Below, in pieces: positions 31,735 to 41,762 of a stretch of 64,000 nucleotides of DNA (position 1 is its first letter; every line of letters starts with the position of its first letter). Position numbers and translations under genes: made by a program. The DNA is taken from positions 186,001 through 250,000 of IMG/VR virus record IMGVR_UViG_3300024503_000015, one strand, 5' to 3'. Under the pieces are notes generated by a model. The model made no database searches, was not told the origin of the DNA, and worked only from the letters and a program-made list of their open reading frames with translations.

Positions 31735-32005
31735 CTCCGCTCCAATACAGAACAAACCAATCCAAATCCTTTTTATTCTTAAACCAAAATTGGGTATAGC
31801 TCATTCTGCGAGCTCTTTTGGGCCAAATATACGTCTTAAACGTATTGTAACACCAATTACTTATATTTTGGTAAGTAGATTCGCTAAACGGTTCTTCAAA
31901 CCCGTCCCATTCCGGAAAGAGTTCTTGTTGTCCACTTTGGGTAACATAATAAACGTCAGCAGTCCAAAACCCGTCTCTTTTGTCGATTCGGAACTGTGGT
32001 TTCAT
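31715..32005 (-). CDS. Hypothetical protein
   Basis: 96-aa ORF in an operon. Confidence 0.6.
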   Translation of the reverse strand: MKPQFRIDKRDGFWTADVYYVTQSGQQELFPEWDGFEEPFSESTYQNISNWCYNTFKTYIWPKRARRMSYTQFWFKNKKDLDWFVLYWSGVDISEE

Positions 32006-32310
32006 TACAACATGAAATTTATTTTTTGGATGTTCTCAAACTTAAAACTACGCCAATTGCCAATTACGGTATCCCAAACTGTACAAAGAACTTCTGAAGT
32101 TTTTGGGTTCTCTACTGTAGGGCAAATGCCTTCTTTAAGAGTACACTTCATTTCTCTCAGTGTGCCATCAGTTTTTTTGAATGTTACTTCCACTGTGTCG
32201 TGCATACGTAGAACGTTAATCAACCATTCGCGAAATGACTTGCGTTCATCTTCTGTGGCAGTAGCATACCAATCACTTTGAAACTCTACTAAATCTGTTA
32301 CCTGTGTCAT
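32005..32310 (-). CDS. WYL_2/DUF2693-like Sm-fold protein
   Basis: VEVTFKKTDGTLREMKCTL...VWD...WRSF pattern. Confidence 0.7.
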   Translation of the reverse strand: MTQVTDLVEFQSDWYATATEDERKSFREWLINVLRMHDTVEVTFKKTDGTLREMKCTLKEGICPTVENPKTSEVLCTVWDTVIGNWRSFKFENIQKINFML

Positions 32311-32311
32311 A

Positions 32312-32875
32312 TTAAAACTCCAAATCTGCGGCTAATACATATCTAAATTCTTTACTCTGTGGAGGAGTTGGTCTGTGATATATCTTGCCAGGATATATTA
32401 ACCAATGATTCTGCACAGGCTCTATGGTGATTCGTTCTGGCTGACCGACACCGTTAGGGGCAAACTCTGTACCACTTGACTTATAGTCTGCATCGGTGGG
32501 TATCTTTAAATACCAAATGCCTGATACAGTAGTTTTCCCTTCGGTATAATGGTGCGTGTGCCAAAGATTATCTCGATCCTCGGTAATTTCATTGTTAGTC
32601 ATGAAACTCCAAGCCATTAATTGATTAATCTTTACTTCTTTACCTAAATACATAAACACACTAAAGATAAAACTCATTCTAAATTTCATCCAAAGCGGGT
32701 CAGGCAATCCAAATAAATTAACCTGTGTTTGATACTTGGGACTGTTTTTAAAATACTGTCCAGAATTTACAATGTCTGTAATTCGTTGTATAGCATCGGC
32801 CTGGTCTTGTTCTGTAATTACAGAACTAAAATTATATTTTTCAAATTGCCCAGTATGGTCTACGTATGTGGTCAT
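32312..32875 (-). CDS. 2OG-Fe(II) oxygenase-like protein
   Basis: WHTHH, SGIWYL, GTEF and [11 protein letters not shown] jelly-roll motifs. Confidence 0.6.
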   Translation of the reverse strand: MTTYVDHTGQFEKYNFSSVITEQDQADAIQRITDIVNSGQYFKNSPKYQTQVNLFGLPDPLWMKFRMSFIFSVFMYLGKEVKINQLMAWSFMTNNEITEDRDNLWHTHHYTEGKTTVSGIWYLKIPTDADYKSSGTEFAPNGVGQPERITIEPVQNHWLIYPGKIYHRPTPPQSKEFRYVLAADLEF

Positions 32876-33495
32876 TCACGTTTCTCAATTACTTTATCTG
32901 CAAGTCCATATTCAACAGCCTGTTGTGCAGATAAGAATGTATCAAACTTCATGTCGCCAAACATTTCGTCATAGGTTTTACCTGCCGTATTGTGTTTAAC
33001 ATACAATTCAGTTAGACGTTTGTTGATACGCTGACTTTCCTCGTAAGTACGTTTAGCATCTTCGAACTGTAGTTCTTGTACGTGTACGCTACCACGTGTG
33101 CCAGGAGTTCCTGAACTAACACGATGAATCATTGTGCGACTTTCTGGCAATACAAATCGTTTACCTTTTGCACCAGCAGACGCTAGGAATGATCCCATAC
33201 TTGCGGCCTGCCCAACTACGTAAGTGGCAACATCTGGTTTGATAAACTGCATGGTATCGTAAATAGCCAGTCCCGCAGTTACACTTCCACCAGGACTGTT
33301 AATAAACAGACTAATGTCTTTTTCGCTATTCTCACTTTCGAGGAATAGCAGTTGTGCCACAATCACACTGGCTGAATGTTCATTGACGTCGGTGTCTAAC
33401 ATAATTACACGATCCTTTAATAGACGTGAATAAATGTCATAGGCACGTTCGCCTTTGTTTGTGGACTCTACTACCATTGGCACCAAATGTGGCAT
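32872..33495 (-). CDS. clpP: ATP-dependent Clp protease proteolytic subunit
   Basis: [28 protein letters not shown] and AVEYGLAD motifs. Confidence 0.95.
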   Translation of the reverse strand: MPHLVPMVVESTNKGERAYDIYSRLLKDRVIMLDTDVNEHSASVIVAQLLFLESENSEKDISLFINSPGGSVTAGLAIYDTMQFIKPDVATYVVGQAASMGSFLASAGAKGKRFVLPESRTMIHRVSSGTPGTRGSVHVQELQFEDAKRTYEESQRINKRLTELYVKHNTAGKTYDEMFGDMKFDTFLSAQQAVEYGLADKVIEKRE

Positions 33496-33496
33496 C

Positions 33497-33781
33497 TTAT
33501 TCTACCTTTTCGTAAGTTTGTTCAAAAATATCTGGCTTGCAGGCATAGAACTCGCCCTGCACTCCTTTAATAATCCAATCGCCTTCGGTGGCAATATGTT
33601 TAACTGTTAAACCTATACCGTCTTCTAATGTGCGTATTTCTGCTTCGGCTGGATCATTGTTATGTTCTTTGCGAATGTTGCCTAGAGATTCTCCGCAGAA
33701 TTCTTCTAACTGTGCAACAGATTCGTCTGTGTAAAAAAATTGTACAGCCTCGATAATCACAGGCTTCTTACGAAATTTCAT
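33497..33781 (-). CDS. Conserved phage protein
   Basis: [14 protein letters not shown]...TLE...[25 protein letters not shown], a widespread phage family pattern. Confidence 0.75.
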   Translation of the reverse strand: MKFRKKPVIIEAVQFFYTDESVAQLEEFCGESLGNIRKEHNNDPAEAEIRTLEDGIGLTVKHIATEGDWIIKGVQGEFYACKPDIFEQTYEKVE

Positions 33782-34484
33782 TATGTTCCTTTGCTAACGT
33801 AAAATTAAAAAGTTTATAAAAATACAATTGATCTATCCTGTCAACTTCATAGAAGGTATCAAACGCAACTTCAGTCTTGTCAACAACTAACTGCTTAAAC
33901 ATCTCCAATAAAGGATTATCGCTGGCTACTTCGATGTTGTATAGATAACGGTCATCTGTAAACCAAAAACGATTAATATTTCGCTTCTGTTGTCTGCTAG
34001 AAGTAGTCTTCAAATACTTTAATTTTAGTTGACTCTTAACAGGCTTACCCATACCACGAATTATACGTGGAACATCTGTGGTGTTATATTGTTTTTTGAA
34101 ATCATCGTATATCATATCTTCTTCGTAAAAGTAAGGAAGTTTATAATATATACCTAGGTCTTTGCCTTCGCAGGTATGAATACGATTTTCTAACAAATAG
34201 CAAACACGACTTCTAAAGTCACTGATATTTCTAGCATTAGTAAGATTAGACCAAAAGTATTTCTTACCGTAATATTTTCTAATCTTTTCGGCTAATGTTC
34301 TAGTTTCATCTTTGATATTATTTTTTACACGGTCGTCTTCCATGGAATAAAAAGAACCTGGATTTCCCTCCATAAGTTCTTTTAGACTTACAGACAACAC
34401 CAGTGGATCTTCTTGAAACTCCGTGGCTTTTTCTTTATAAGTTGCGGAAAAAATATTATCAAGATCTGAAACTACAACGTTCAT
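33768..34484 (-). CDS. Hypothetical protein
   Basis: 238-aa ORF in an operon. Confidence 0.65.
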   Translation of the reverse strand: MNVVVSDLDNIFSATYKEKATEFQEDPLVLSVSLKELMEGNPGSFYSMEDDRVKNNIKDETRTLAEKIRKYYGKKYFWSNLTNARNISDFRSRVCYLLENRIHTCEGKDLGIYYKLPYFYEEDMIYDDFKKQYNTTDVPRIIRGMGKPVKSQLKLKYLKTTSSRQQKRNINRFWFTDDRYLYNIEVASDNPLLEMFKQLVVDKTEVAFDTFYEVDRIDQLYFYKLFNFTLAKEHNEIS

Positions 34485-34720
34485 TATCTGCCCTCTGTAT
34501 ATTTTTGACCTTTTGGTCCGTTACTAATAAAATCCATTCCGGCCATACGACCTTCGTAAACTCTGCCATTCCAGTTCATTAATAGTTTAACACTTTTGTT
34601 CATTACCACAGTTAAGTTACGACCTTCATTGAATGCCATAACATCTGCTTGAACAACTCTACCCGAACTTTCCTGTTTAACTTCGCAGGTAGCATCGTAT
34701 CTCACTTTAATATTACTCAT
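34484..34720 (-). CDS. Hypothetical protein
   Basis: 78-aa coupled ORF. Confidence 0.6.
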   Translation of the reverse strand: MSNIKVRYDATCEVKQESSGRVVQADVMAFNEGRNLTVVMNKSVKLLMNWNGRVYEGRMAGMDFISNGPKGQKYTEGR

Positions 34721-35106
34721 GGCGCACTCTGTACTTGTTCTGATTCGGATTCATATTTGCCAGCAATGGCTTCTAATAAATCAAAGTTTTCTTCTGCACG
34801 TTGAATTGCTTCATATGCTTTCTTCAGTGCGGGATTATTTTCTGCGGCATATTTTCTGGCCTGTTGCTTACTACGCTGTTCACGTGCCCACTCTAACAAA
34901 CTTTCTGCTTCTTGTGTAAGTTCAACAGTGGCATAATTCATGTTTAGTTGTTGCCATGAATTGCCATCGTTGACTTCCATAGCACTCGTGTTAGGGTTAT
35001 ACCGCAACATACCTGCACCACTGGAGCCAGGACTAATATAGTTACTGCTGGGCTGGCCACCAGATACAGTAACAAATCTTCCACTAGAATTAATACCTTT
35101 AATCAT
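34717..35106 (-). CDS. Hypothetical protein
   Basis: 129-aa coupled ORF. Confidence 0.6.
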   Translation of the reverse strand: MIKGINSSGRFVTVSGGQPSSNYISPGSSGAGMLRYNPNTSAMEVNDGNSWQQLNMNYATVELTQEAESLLEWAREQRSKQQARKYAAENNPALKKAYEAIQRAEENFDLLEAIAGKYESESEQVQSAP

Positions 35107-35528
35107 TTATACTCCTTATCTAATTCTACATTAGTTAGTCCAGCCACTGTTTGAAATTTATCCCATGCCGCCTTGGCCGCGGGATTAGTAGCCAACTCAC
35201 TGCTAGGCAAAACTGTTTCTAACCAAATCTCTGGGCGACGACTTGGATGTGCGCCAAACTTTCTTGGCTGGTGCATTTTACCCGAATCATACAATTCGAT
35301 GCTAATATCACGAAACTGTTGTTCGTTATGATAACCAGTCCATTCTGGGTTACTCCAGATACTGCCCGCACTACGACCACCGCCGTAGCCTTCCCAAATA
35401 TTGCCCCATTGTTCATCGTTATGCGGATCAAAGTCCGTACGAGTAATGAGAACAAGAACATCATTGATATCTACAACACCATCAACAATGTCTCGAACAC
35501 AACGGCTATAACTTAATCCAACTTTCAT
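35103..35528 (-). CDS. Hypothetical protein
   Basis: 141-aa coupled ORF. Confidence 0.65.
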   Translation of the reverse strand: MKVGLSYSRCVRDIVDGVVDINDVLVLITRTDFDPHNDEQWGNIWEGYGGGRSAGSIWSNPEWTGYHNEQQFRDISIELYDSGKMHQPRKFGAHPSRRPEIWLETVLPSSELATNPAAKAAWDKFQTVAGLTNVELDKEYK

Positions 35529-36379
35529 TATACTTCCAATACTATGTTAGGGTTCCAGCCACTATCTTCGCTGTAACCATCTGATTCGTAACCACGTGGA
35601 TTACACACAACTCTTGTTTCACCAATCATATAATCAAAACAATGATGAGTGTGACCGTGTACCCACAGTTTGATTTGTGGACGATCCAAGATGAACTCAC
35701 TCAAATCACTGTGGTAAGCACCGTTCATTAGTGTTTCACCTCTGTACTGTTCGTGTACACTTTGGAAACTCGGCGAATGATGTCCTACTACAACAAACTT
35801 TTCGTCAGGGCGTTCTGCTACTACATTTTTGATGTAGCCAAGCATATGACGATGACGGATAACAGTATCATGTGGCTTAAGGTTAGTGTAACCTTCTTCT
35901 TCCTTTTTGATAACACGAAAGTCATTCATCATATCCCGCACAGCATGGAGTGTCAAAGGATCACCTTTGTTCATGTCAGTCCACAATGTACCACCAATAA
36001 ATGTTACATCATCAATTTTCTTTGAGCCTGCCTCCAAGAAGTAGACATTAGGGAACTGAGCGCACTCCTCAGATAGTACAGTAAGTGTACGATTCCATTT
36101 ACCGTGATAGAATTCATGGTTACCCGCTACGTAAATTGTATTTGGGAATTGGAAACTGCAACGTTTCAAAAAGTCACGAAAGCGAGCTACCCTTTGTTGT
36201 TTACGTCCAAGGTCAGCAAACGCACCATACTCGTAGATGCTGGGCACAACAGGATGGTCGTAGAGTTCCTCTGCAATCATAATATCGCCGGCAAGAATAA
36301 GCACATCGTAATCCTGATCATTTTGGATATTGATGTCGCTAAACTCTAAATGGAGATCTGACACAAGTTTAATTTTCAT
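35528..36379 (-). CDS. Calcineurin-like metallophosphoesterase
   Basis: SDLH, LAGD, AGNHE, HH and HGHTH motifs; promoter at 36386-36415. Confidence 0.9.
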   Translation of the reverse strand: MKIKLVSDLHLEFSDINIQNDQDYDVLILAGDIMIAEELYDHPVVPSIYEYGAFADLGRKQQRVARFRDFLKRCSFQFPNTIYVAGNHEFYHGKWNRTLTVLSEECAQFPNVYFLEAGSKKIDDVTFIGGTLWTDMNKGDPLTLHAVRDMMNDFRVIKKEEEGYTNLKPHDTVIRHRHMLGYIKNVVAERPDEKFVVVGHHSPSFQSVHEQYRGETLMNGAYHSDLSEFILDRPQIKLWVHGHTHHCFDYMIGETRVVCNPRGYESDGYSEDSGWNPNIVLEV

Positions 36380-36386
36380 ACTAGTA

Positions 36387-36743
36387 TTATACTTGAAATG
36401 TACCGATTCTGTCAATGCTATTGCCCCATTTTAATATAAAAAATGTAGCATCTTGAGCAGTTAGTTTGGCTGTTATAGCATAATCGGTATGATAGTTCAT
36501 TGGAGCCATATGTCTATGCCATATAGGAGTTTCTACAGCGTGACTCATAACCCATTTACCCGATTCGCTTTCCTGCCATTCTAATAATGGTTGTGCGGCA
36601 TACAGGTCTGGATCTTCCACATCTCCCATTTTAAATCGATGTACAATTAGTTCTTTGAACTCTACAACCTTGTCATCGATTAAATTATATTGATGTTTGT
36701 AATGACCCGGAGGATTATTATTGTAATTGTTTGGAGTGGGCAT
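36387..36743 (-). CDS. Hypothetical protein
   Basis: Start refined to MPTPNN (uncertain). Confidence 0.55.
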   Translation of the reverse strand: MPTPNNYNNNPPGHYKHQYNLIDDKVVEFKELIVHRFKMGDVEDPDLYAAQPLLEWQESESGKWVMSHAVETPIWHRHMAPMNYHTDYAITAKLTAQDATFFILKWGNSIDRIGTFQV

Positions 36744-36756
36744 AGTTACAGGCCAA

Positions 36757-37296
36757 TTAAAACGGCCACTTATTGTTCCCATTTTCTTCCTGCCATTTTC
36801 GAACAGACTCAGCAAGTTCTTCTCTAGTACGTAATTTAACGTTTTCTTCAACAACAGTACCGTCATCTTCACAGAGACTGACTTGGAAAGGAGCGTCGAT
36901 AACTAGGTAGTCATCTTCAACTTGCCAATCATGATTGCCTTCAAACAACCAAGCCGCACCACTGCGCTCGTCGTCATCGTCTGGATCGCCTTCTAGGTAA
37001 CACTCTTTAATTTGTTCTTGCTCTTCTTCAGTGATATCATCGCTAAATTCAAACCAACAAGCGTGTTGGTCATCTAATTCAGACCCCCAACCGCAGTCTG
37101 TCTTAGCGTGTGCTTGAGCATCGCCTTCTAAAGGCAAGTTACAATCCATGTCTTCTTCAACAAACCCTTGACCCCAACGATAGTGATCATCGATGTTGAA
37201 CCAACTAATTGAACCATCCGCATTTTCGCGGTACATTTCAATGTGCCAGCAGATACTTTTCTTTTCTAACGGTTTGATCAGATATACTTTGCTCAT
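36757..37296 (-). CDS. Acidic hypothetical protein
   Basis: 179 aa; resembles 37518..38021. Confidence 0.65.
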   Translation of the reverse strand: MSKVYLIKPLEKKSICWHIEMYRENADGSISWFNIDDHYRWGQGFVEEDMDCNLPLEGDAQAHAKTDCGWGSELDDQHACWFEFSDDITEEEQEQIKECYLEGDPDDDDERSGAAWLFEGNHDWQVEDDYLVIDAPFQVSLCEDDGTVVEENVKLRTREELAESVRKWQEENGNNKWPF

Positions 37297-37299
37297 TCT

Positions 37300-37521
37300 T
37301 CAACTCCGAAATGTTCTTGCCACATACGCTTGGGTTCGCTGATTATTGGTTGCCTTGCCATGAAACCATTCAGATTCTACCATTGCATCCAACACCATTC
37401 GTTCCATCAACTCTACATACTTTTCTGCGTATGCTTGACTATACGGCATTGCTGTAGTTTCGTTTTGCTTGACAGCATAGATACGAGCCTGTTGCTCAAG
37501 TTGTTGAATTCGTTCGTTCAT
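37300..37521 (-). CDS. Hypothetical protein
   Basis: MNERIQQL N-terminus; coupled ORF. Confidence 0.6.
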   Translation of the reverse strand: MNERIQQLEQQARIYAVKQNETTAMPYSQAYAEKYVELMERMVLDAMVESEWFHGKATNNQRTQAYVARTFRS

Positions 37522-38021
37522 TCTTCGTCCTTAAAGTCAATAACATTACCGTCTTCATCTGCACAGATGATGCGTACAGTTTCGCCGTCTTCGTTTTTAA
37601 TCTCAATAGGACCCCAAATCCACCATTCAGTTTCATCTTGATACCATGAATCTTCGCGATCTTCTAAATCGTAAATGCTATTCTCGTCGATAAACTCTTG
37701 CAGTTCTTCTTCCTCTTCTTCTGTTAGGCCATCAAACTCGATATCATACCAGCAACCACCGTCGTCCATACTGATAAGTTCAACTTCTTCAATATTATTG
37801 TATGAGCAGTCTAGCATATTGATGCTGTCTTTTCGGCCATCGCCTCCAGGAACTTCTGTAAATTCAAATTCTGGAGGATTGTCGTCACTGGTTTCTACTG
37901 ACCATTCTCCCCAACGGAATCCATTGGTGGTAGTAATTCTGCCTTTACCTTCTCGTTGAACCCAAAATTCAACTTCTTGTACACTCTTTTTGTAATAAGT
38001 TCTTACTGTCCAGGTTGCCAT
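37518..38021 (-). CDS. Acidic hypothetical protein
   Basis: Start MATWTV with AGGAG SD. Confidence 0.65.
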   Translation of the reverse strand: MATWTVRTYYKKSVQEVEFWVQREGKGRITTTNGFRWGEWSVETSDDNPPEFEFTEVPGGDGRKDSINMLDCSYNNIEEVELISMDDGGCWYDIEFDGLTEEEEEELQEFIDENSIYDLEDREDSWYQDETEWWIWGPIEIKNEDGETVRIICADEDGNVIDFKDEE

Positions 38022-38032
38022 GCTACTTCTCC

Positions 38033-38515
38033 TTAAAGTTCTAAACCGTTTTGTTTGGCATAATCCTCGGGTGATTGACGTTTTTTCTGATACTCTGCTT
38101 CGTGCATATCGCATAGCGTACGAATCCATCCGCCATCTCTACGTTTGCCAGGAGCACAACATTCTTCGCAACAAGAGTCTGCCCAGGATTCTGCCATGGT
38201 AACCATGCCGTGAATGTATTCGTCACCGCCTTGATAATAGAAACGAAGCCCGCCAAACTTTTCTTTAATTTGTTCTACAACTACCTGCGGAATAAGTTCA
38301 CGAGCAGGTTCTTTTTTATTTTCAACGTCCCAATCGTGTTGCTTCTTTGCCCAATCAATCCTGCCCTGTATATTGGCACAGAGATTTTCTAGGATAGGCC
38401 ACCAACCTTTACCTACAGCAAATCCGCCGTAGCGTTCCGCAAACATTAATGGAAATCTTTCTTCCATACGTTTAGCAAAGGCTTCGTATTCGTTATACTC
38501 TTGATCTTCTGTCAT
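38033..38515 (-). CDS. Conserved phage protein with C-terminal Cys motif
   Basis: GKGWWPIL...QIKEKFGGLRFY...CEEC...GWIRTLC. Confidence 0.7.
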   Translation of the reverse strand: MTEDQEYNEYEAFAKRMEERFPLMFAERYGGFAVGKGWWPILENLCANIQGRIDWAKKQHDWDVENKKEPARELIPQVVVEQIKEKFGGLRFYYQGGDEYIHGMVTMAESWADSCCEECCAPGKRRDGGWIRTLCDMHEAEYQKKRQSPEDYAKQNGLEL

Positions 38516-38766
38516 TTTATATCATCCGAGGTTTCAGGGAAATGGCTAATAATTAAATCTAATGCTTCAATGGTACGCATATTGATTACAACATCTTCAG
38601 GGTGTAACCAATAGCCGTCTGGATTTGATTCTGTTTTAGGATTCTTTTTCCATTGACGTAATTCTTTTTTCAAGTAAGCACGATAGTCTTTTAGATTAAG
38701 ACTAGTAATTCGATCCGCAGTTTCGCCATCAATCCATTGATAAGGTTTATGCTTTGCTTTACTCAC
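38512..38766 (-). CDS. Hypothetical protein
   Basis: 84-aa coupled ORF. Confidence 0.6.
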   Translation of the reverse strand: MSKAKHKPYQWIDGETADRITSLNLKDYRAYLKKELRQWKKNPKTESNPDGYWLHPEDVVINMRTIEALDLIISHFPETSDDIK

Positions 38767-38984
38767 GACTTCAGTCCTTCTAACGTTTGACGTTTGGCTT
38801 CTTCTTTGACTTCTTGTTTATGAATTGTCTGCAATCCGCGAAACATTTCTTCGACTACATGAATAATAGCATTCTTACCGTCTTCAGTTAAGTGACTGTA
38901 TTCAGGACTTACAGTACTTTCGTGCCAGACTCTACCGTTTTGGCTAAGTTCTAGTAATGCTCCATAGAGCATATCCTTGTGCAT
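38763..38984 (-). CDS. Hypothetical protein
   Basis: Start refined to MHKDML to avoid overlap with the ligase gene. Confidence 0.55.
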   Translation of the reverse strand: MHKDMLYGALLELSQNGRVWHESTVSPEYSHLTEDGKNAIIHVVEEMFRGLQTIHKQEVKEEAKRQTLEGLKS

Positions 38985-38997
38985 ACTTCTGCGGATA

Positions 38998-40320
38998 TCA
39001 AATTTTCTCGCCACTTTGGAACCCTCTAAAATGTAAGAAGCGCGGAAAGCGTAAAGAGTAACTTCCATCCTGGTTTTGTGTGATAGCGTCAGCACGTACC
39101 TCAACGATTTTGCCAACCACCTCTTCACGACCGGACCAATAAGCATCGCGATCAGCATCAGTAAAACCGCTACCAACATTAACAATGATATCACGTCCAT
39201 CGTCTCTGCCTTCGCAAACAAAAGCGCCAAGTTTTCCGACATTTTTACCTGTTCCTTCTTCTACTGCTGTAACAGCCAATGACACTTCGATAAATGGCTT
39301 TAGTTTAAGCCAAGCCACACTACGTTTACATTCATATCCAGCATTAGGATCTTTGATCATAATACCTTCGTAACCGCCATCGATTGCCTTTTGATTAATT
39401 TCTTTGAAACGTTTTTTACCTGCATCAGTATCGAGATCGACAAGTTCGTGTCCAACAACTGCTACATTAGGTAACGCATCTTTATGTTTCTTGTGCCAGT
39501 AGTAGACCATATCGCTACGATCCGATTGGCTTTTATCCCAAGAGCCTTGTTCAAAGTTTGACAAAGGTAGTACGTCAAACAAATTAAGTACAGCATCATC
39601 GCTTTGTACATCACTCTTGCGGTGTACCTGCTTCATCAAATCTTGGAAACTGCTAGACATAACTTCGCCGTCTAGCACCAAATCATATGGCGGAGGATCT
39701 TGTTTAACTACTGCACTAATCTGCTCTGCTATGTGAGGAAAATTGACAAGCTCTTTGCCGTTACGACTAAACATATCAACACGCCCGTCGGCCCTGACGA
39801 TAGTAATAACTCGTACTCCATCAAGTTTGACTTCGATAAGTTTCTTTCCAACCACCTTAGCCTCATGATTTGCGCTATCGTGAGCGAGCTGGCAACTAAA
39901 CACAGGCACACTATAGTGAGCATATTTCTTCTCCACAACTTTGTTGATTGTTTTTTCGCTTACGCCACAACGCAAGTCTTTAATAAGGATACGACGATAC
40001 CAGCCATTCCACTGTTTCTTAGTGGCTGACTTTATCATTGTTTGAATCATATCCCTCGCTGTATTACCGGTGACATTGCGAGTGACAAAGCCAGTAATAG
40101 CGAGAGTAAAACTGCCCCAGTCTAAGCCTGGACCGTCTGCATCTGTTTTCTCTGGGATTTGTTTAAGTCCAAAGGTAATCATTGGATCTAATGCAAGACG
40201 CACACCTTCGAAGAATTCGTTGTTACCTGCCTCCGCTTGTGCAAGAATGATTGCTTCTTTGTTCAAACGACTAGGATGATCTTCTAGTGTACTAATAACA
40301 TTTTGGCATGGATCGCTCAC
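38998..40320 (-). CDS. ATP-dependent DNA ligase
   Basis: Motif I EVKLDGVR, LDGE, EGIMIK and WLKLK; OB-fold VGSGF...LRFPRF. Confidence 0.95.
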   Translation of the reverse strand: MSDPCQNVISTLEDHPSRLNKEAIILAQAEAGNNEFFEGVRLALDPMITFGLKQIPEKTDADGPGLDWGSFTLAITGFVTRNVTGNTARDMIQTMIKSATKKQWNGWYRRILIKDLRCGVSEKTINKVVEKKYAHYSVPVFSCQLAHDSANHEAKVVGKKLIEVKLDGVRVITIVRADGRVDMFSRNGKELVNFPHIAEQISAVVKQDPPPYDLVLDGEVMSSSFQDLMKQVHRKSDVQSDDAVLNLFDVLPLSNFEQGSWDKSQSDRSDMVYYWHKKHKDALPNVAVVGHELVDLDTDAGKKRFKEINQKAIDGGYEGIMIKDPNAGYECKRSVAWLKLKPFIEVSLAVTAVEEGTGKNVGKLGAFVCEGRDDGRDIIVNVGSGFTDADRDAYWSGREEVVGKIVEVRADAITQNQDGSYSLRFPRFLHFRGFQSGEKI

Positions 40321-40352
40321 AATATCTCCTAAAATTTAACTATGCTATTATT

Positions 40353-41066
40353 TTACTGCCAAATTAACTCTTTGTCAATTGGTTTGACATAATTTAATTG
40401 GGTTTCAATGGATTTGGTTGTGTAATTTACACCGTGTGCTTTGACTCTGGCACGTATAGTTTGAGTCTCTCCAGTCTTACCTAGTGCAGACTTATTCAAA
40501 AAGTTTACCAAATGACCGCCATCTGTGACAGCATCGTGGGCATAGCAGTTAAGTTTTTTGACATATCTAGTATTAACATATCTAATATTCAGTAAAATTG
40601 GCTCACCTACTACTCCGATATGCTCTTGTTTGGCAGTTTTGGACTCTGTGATAATACGTTTCTTTTCCATTTCTTTGAAATACAAACTAGGAACGCTGGC
40701 CAAAATACCAAAGTCTTTAAAAATTACTTCAGGTTTTTGAGTACTAGAAAACACTCGTTGCATATAGTCGTTGAGATTGTCTGCAATAACACCAAATGTC
40801 AGTCTACGATAATAATGTATAATAGCACTGGCTGTATCTGTATCTTCCTGAGTAACTTTGACCAGTACTTTATAATCTTTATTCAAGTCCGGAACCATTT
40901 GATAACTCAAATGTTCTTTGCTATTCCAGCGTTCATCGCTGTCAGGATCTGCATTGGTAAAAGCACTAACGCTGGTATAGCCTTTAGTTCTAAAAATAGC
41001 ACAGGCCATAGCCAAAACATTTTCAGCAGGCCATGTACGTTCATTTAATGGAGTAAAATCATTCAT
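40353..41066 (-). CDS. Hypothetical protein (possible C-terminal OB-like domain)
   Basis: 237-aa ORF. Confidence 0.65.
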   Translation of the reverse strand: MNDFTPLNERTWPAENVLAMACAIFRTKGYTSVSAFTNADPDSDERWNSKEHLSYQMVPDLNKDYKVLVKVTQEDTDTASAIIHYYRRLTFGVIADNLNDYMQRVFSSTQKPEVIFKDFGILASVPSLYFKEMEKKRIITESKTAKQEHIGVVGEPILLNIRYVNTRYVKKLNCYAHDAVTDGGHLVNFLNKSALGKTGETQTIRARVKAHGVNYTTKSIETQLNYVKPIDKELIWQ

Positions 41067-41304
41067 AATCGATCATCGTTTGTTGTTGAATAAGAATGTT
41101 TTTGCCTATTTCAAATAAGCCTACCCCGCCAATAAGGTCTTTAACGCTGGCGTGAATGTTTACTTCGCCATCTTTGTCTATACTGGCCATGACAAATTCT
41201 TCCATGCTACCTTCTTCGATACGCTTACGCACTTCTTCGATAACATCCAGCATATTTTCTTTGCGACGTTTTTCGTTGCGGTCGTTGATGTTAATTACTT
41301 CCAT
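41059..41304 (-). CDS. Hypothetical protein
   Basis: 81-aa coupled ORF. Confidence 0.6.
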   Translation of the reverse strand: MEVININDRNEKRRKENMLDVIEEVRKRIEEGSMEEFVMASIDKDGEVNIHASVKDLIGGVGLFEIGKNILIQQQTMIDYE

Positions 41305-41761
41305 TAGATTCTCCTTTATTACCCTTAAGATAATCTTTTTCTTTGTAAGTCTTAATCATGTGACAACGACAGCAGAGTGTTTGAATATTTTCTGCAACAT
41401 CTTTACCACCATCGCTTTGACGTTCTAAGTGGTCGCCGTGCATTACACCACGCATACAACGTAATTTATGGAACGGATCTTCGATATCGTCAAACTGCGG
41501 ATCAACACGAGGATCGTATCCACACTTCTCGCACACCCACCCACGATAGAATGTGTGTGGACGATCCGCTTTGCCCATACCACCGTACTCTGTTAATTGC
41601 AGTTGGTGTTCACGACAGTAACCATCGCTACCAGGACCATCGAAGATTGTAAGGTCATTGTCACAATCTTCTAACTTACATTTGCATTGTAAGCGATATT
41701 GTTCCTTAAGGATACTCTGTCCTTTGAGTTTATCCTTATTAGGATCTCTGAGCTTGGACAT
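41291..41761 (-). CDS. HNH endonuclease-like protein
   Basis: CEKC...HGDH...DGGKD..ENIQTLCCRCH (HNH with zinc ligands). Confidence 0.8.
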   Translation of the reverse strand: MSKLRDPNKDKLKGQSILKEQYRLQCKCKLEDCDNDLTIFDGPGSDGYCREHQLQLTEYGGMGKADRPHTFYRGWVCEKCGYDPRVDPQFDDIEDPFHKLRCMRGVMHGDHLERQSDGGKDVAENIQTLCCRCHMIKTYKEKDYLKGNKGESNGSN

Positions 41762-41762
41762 A

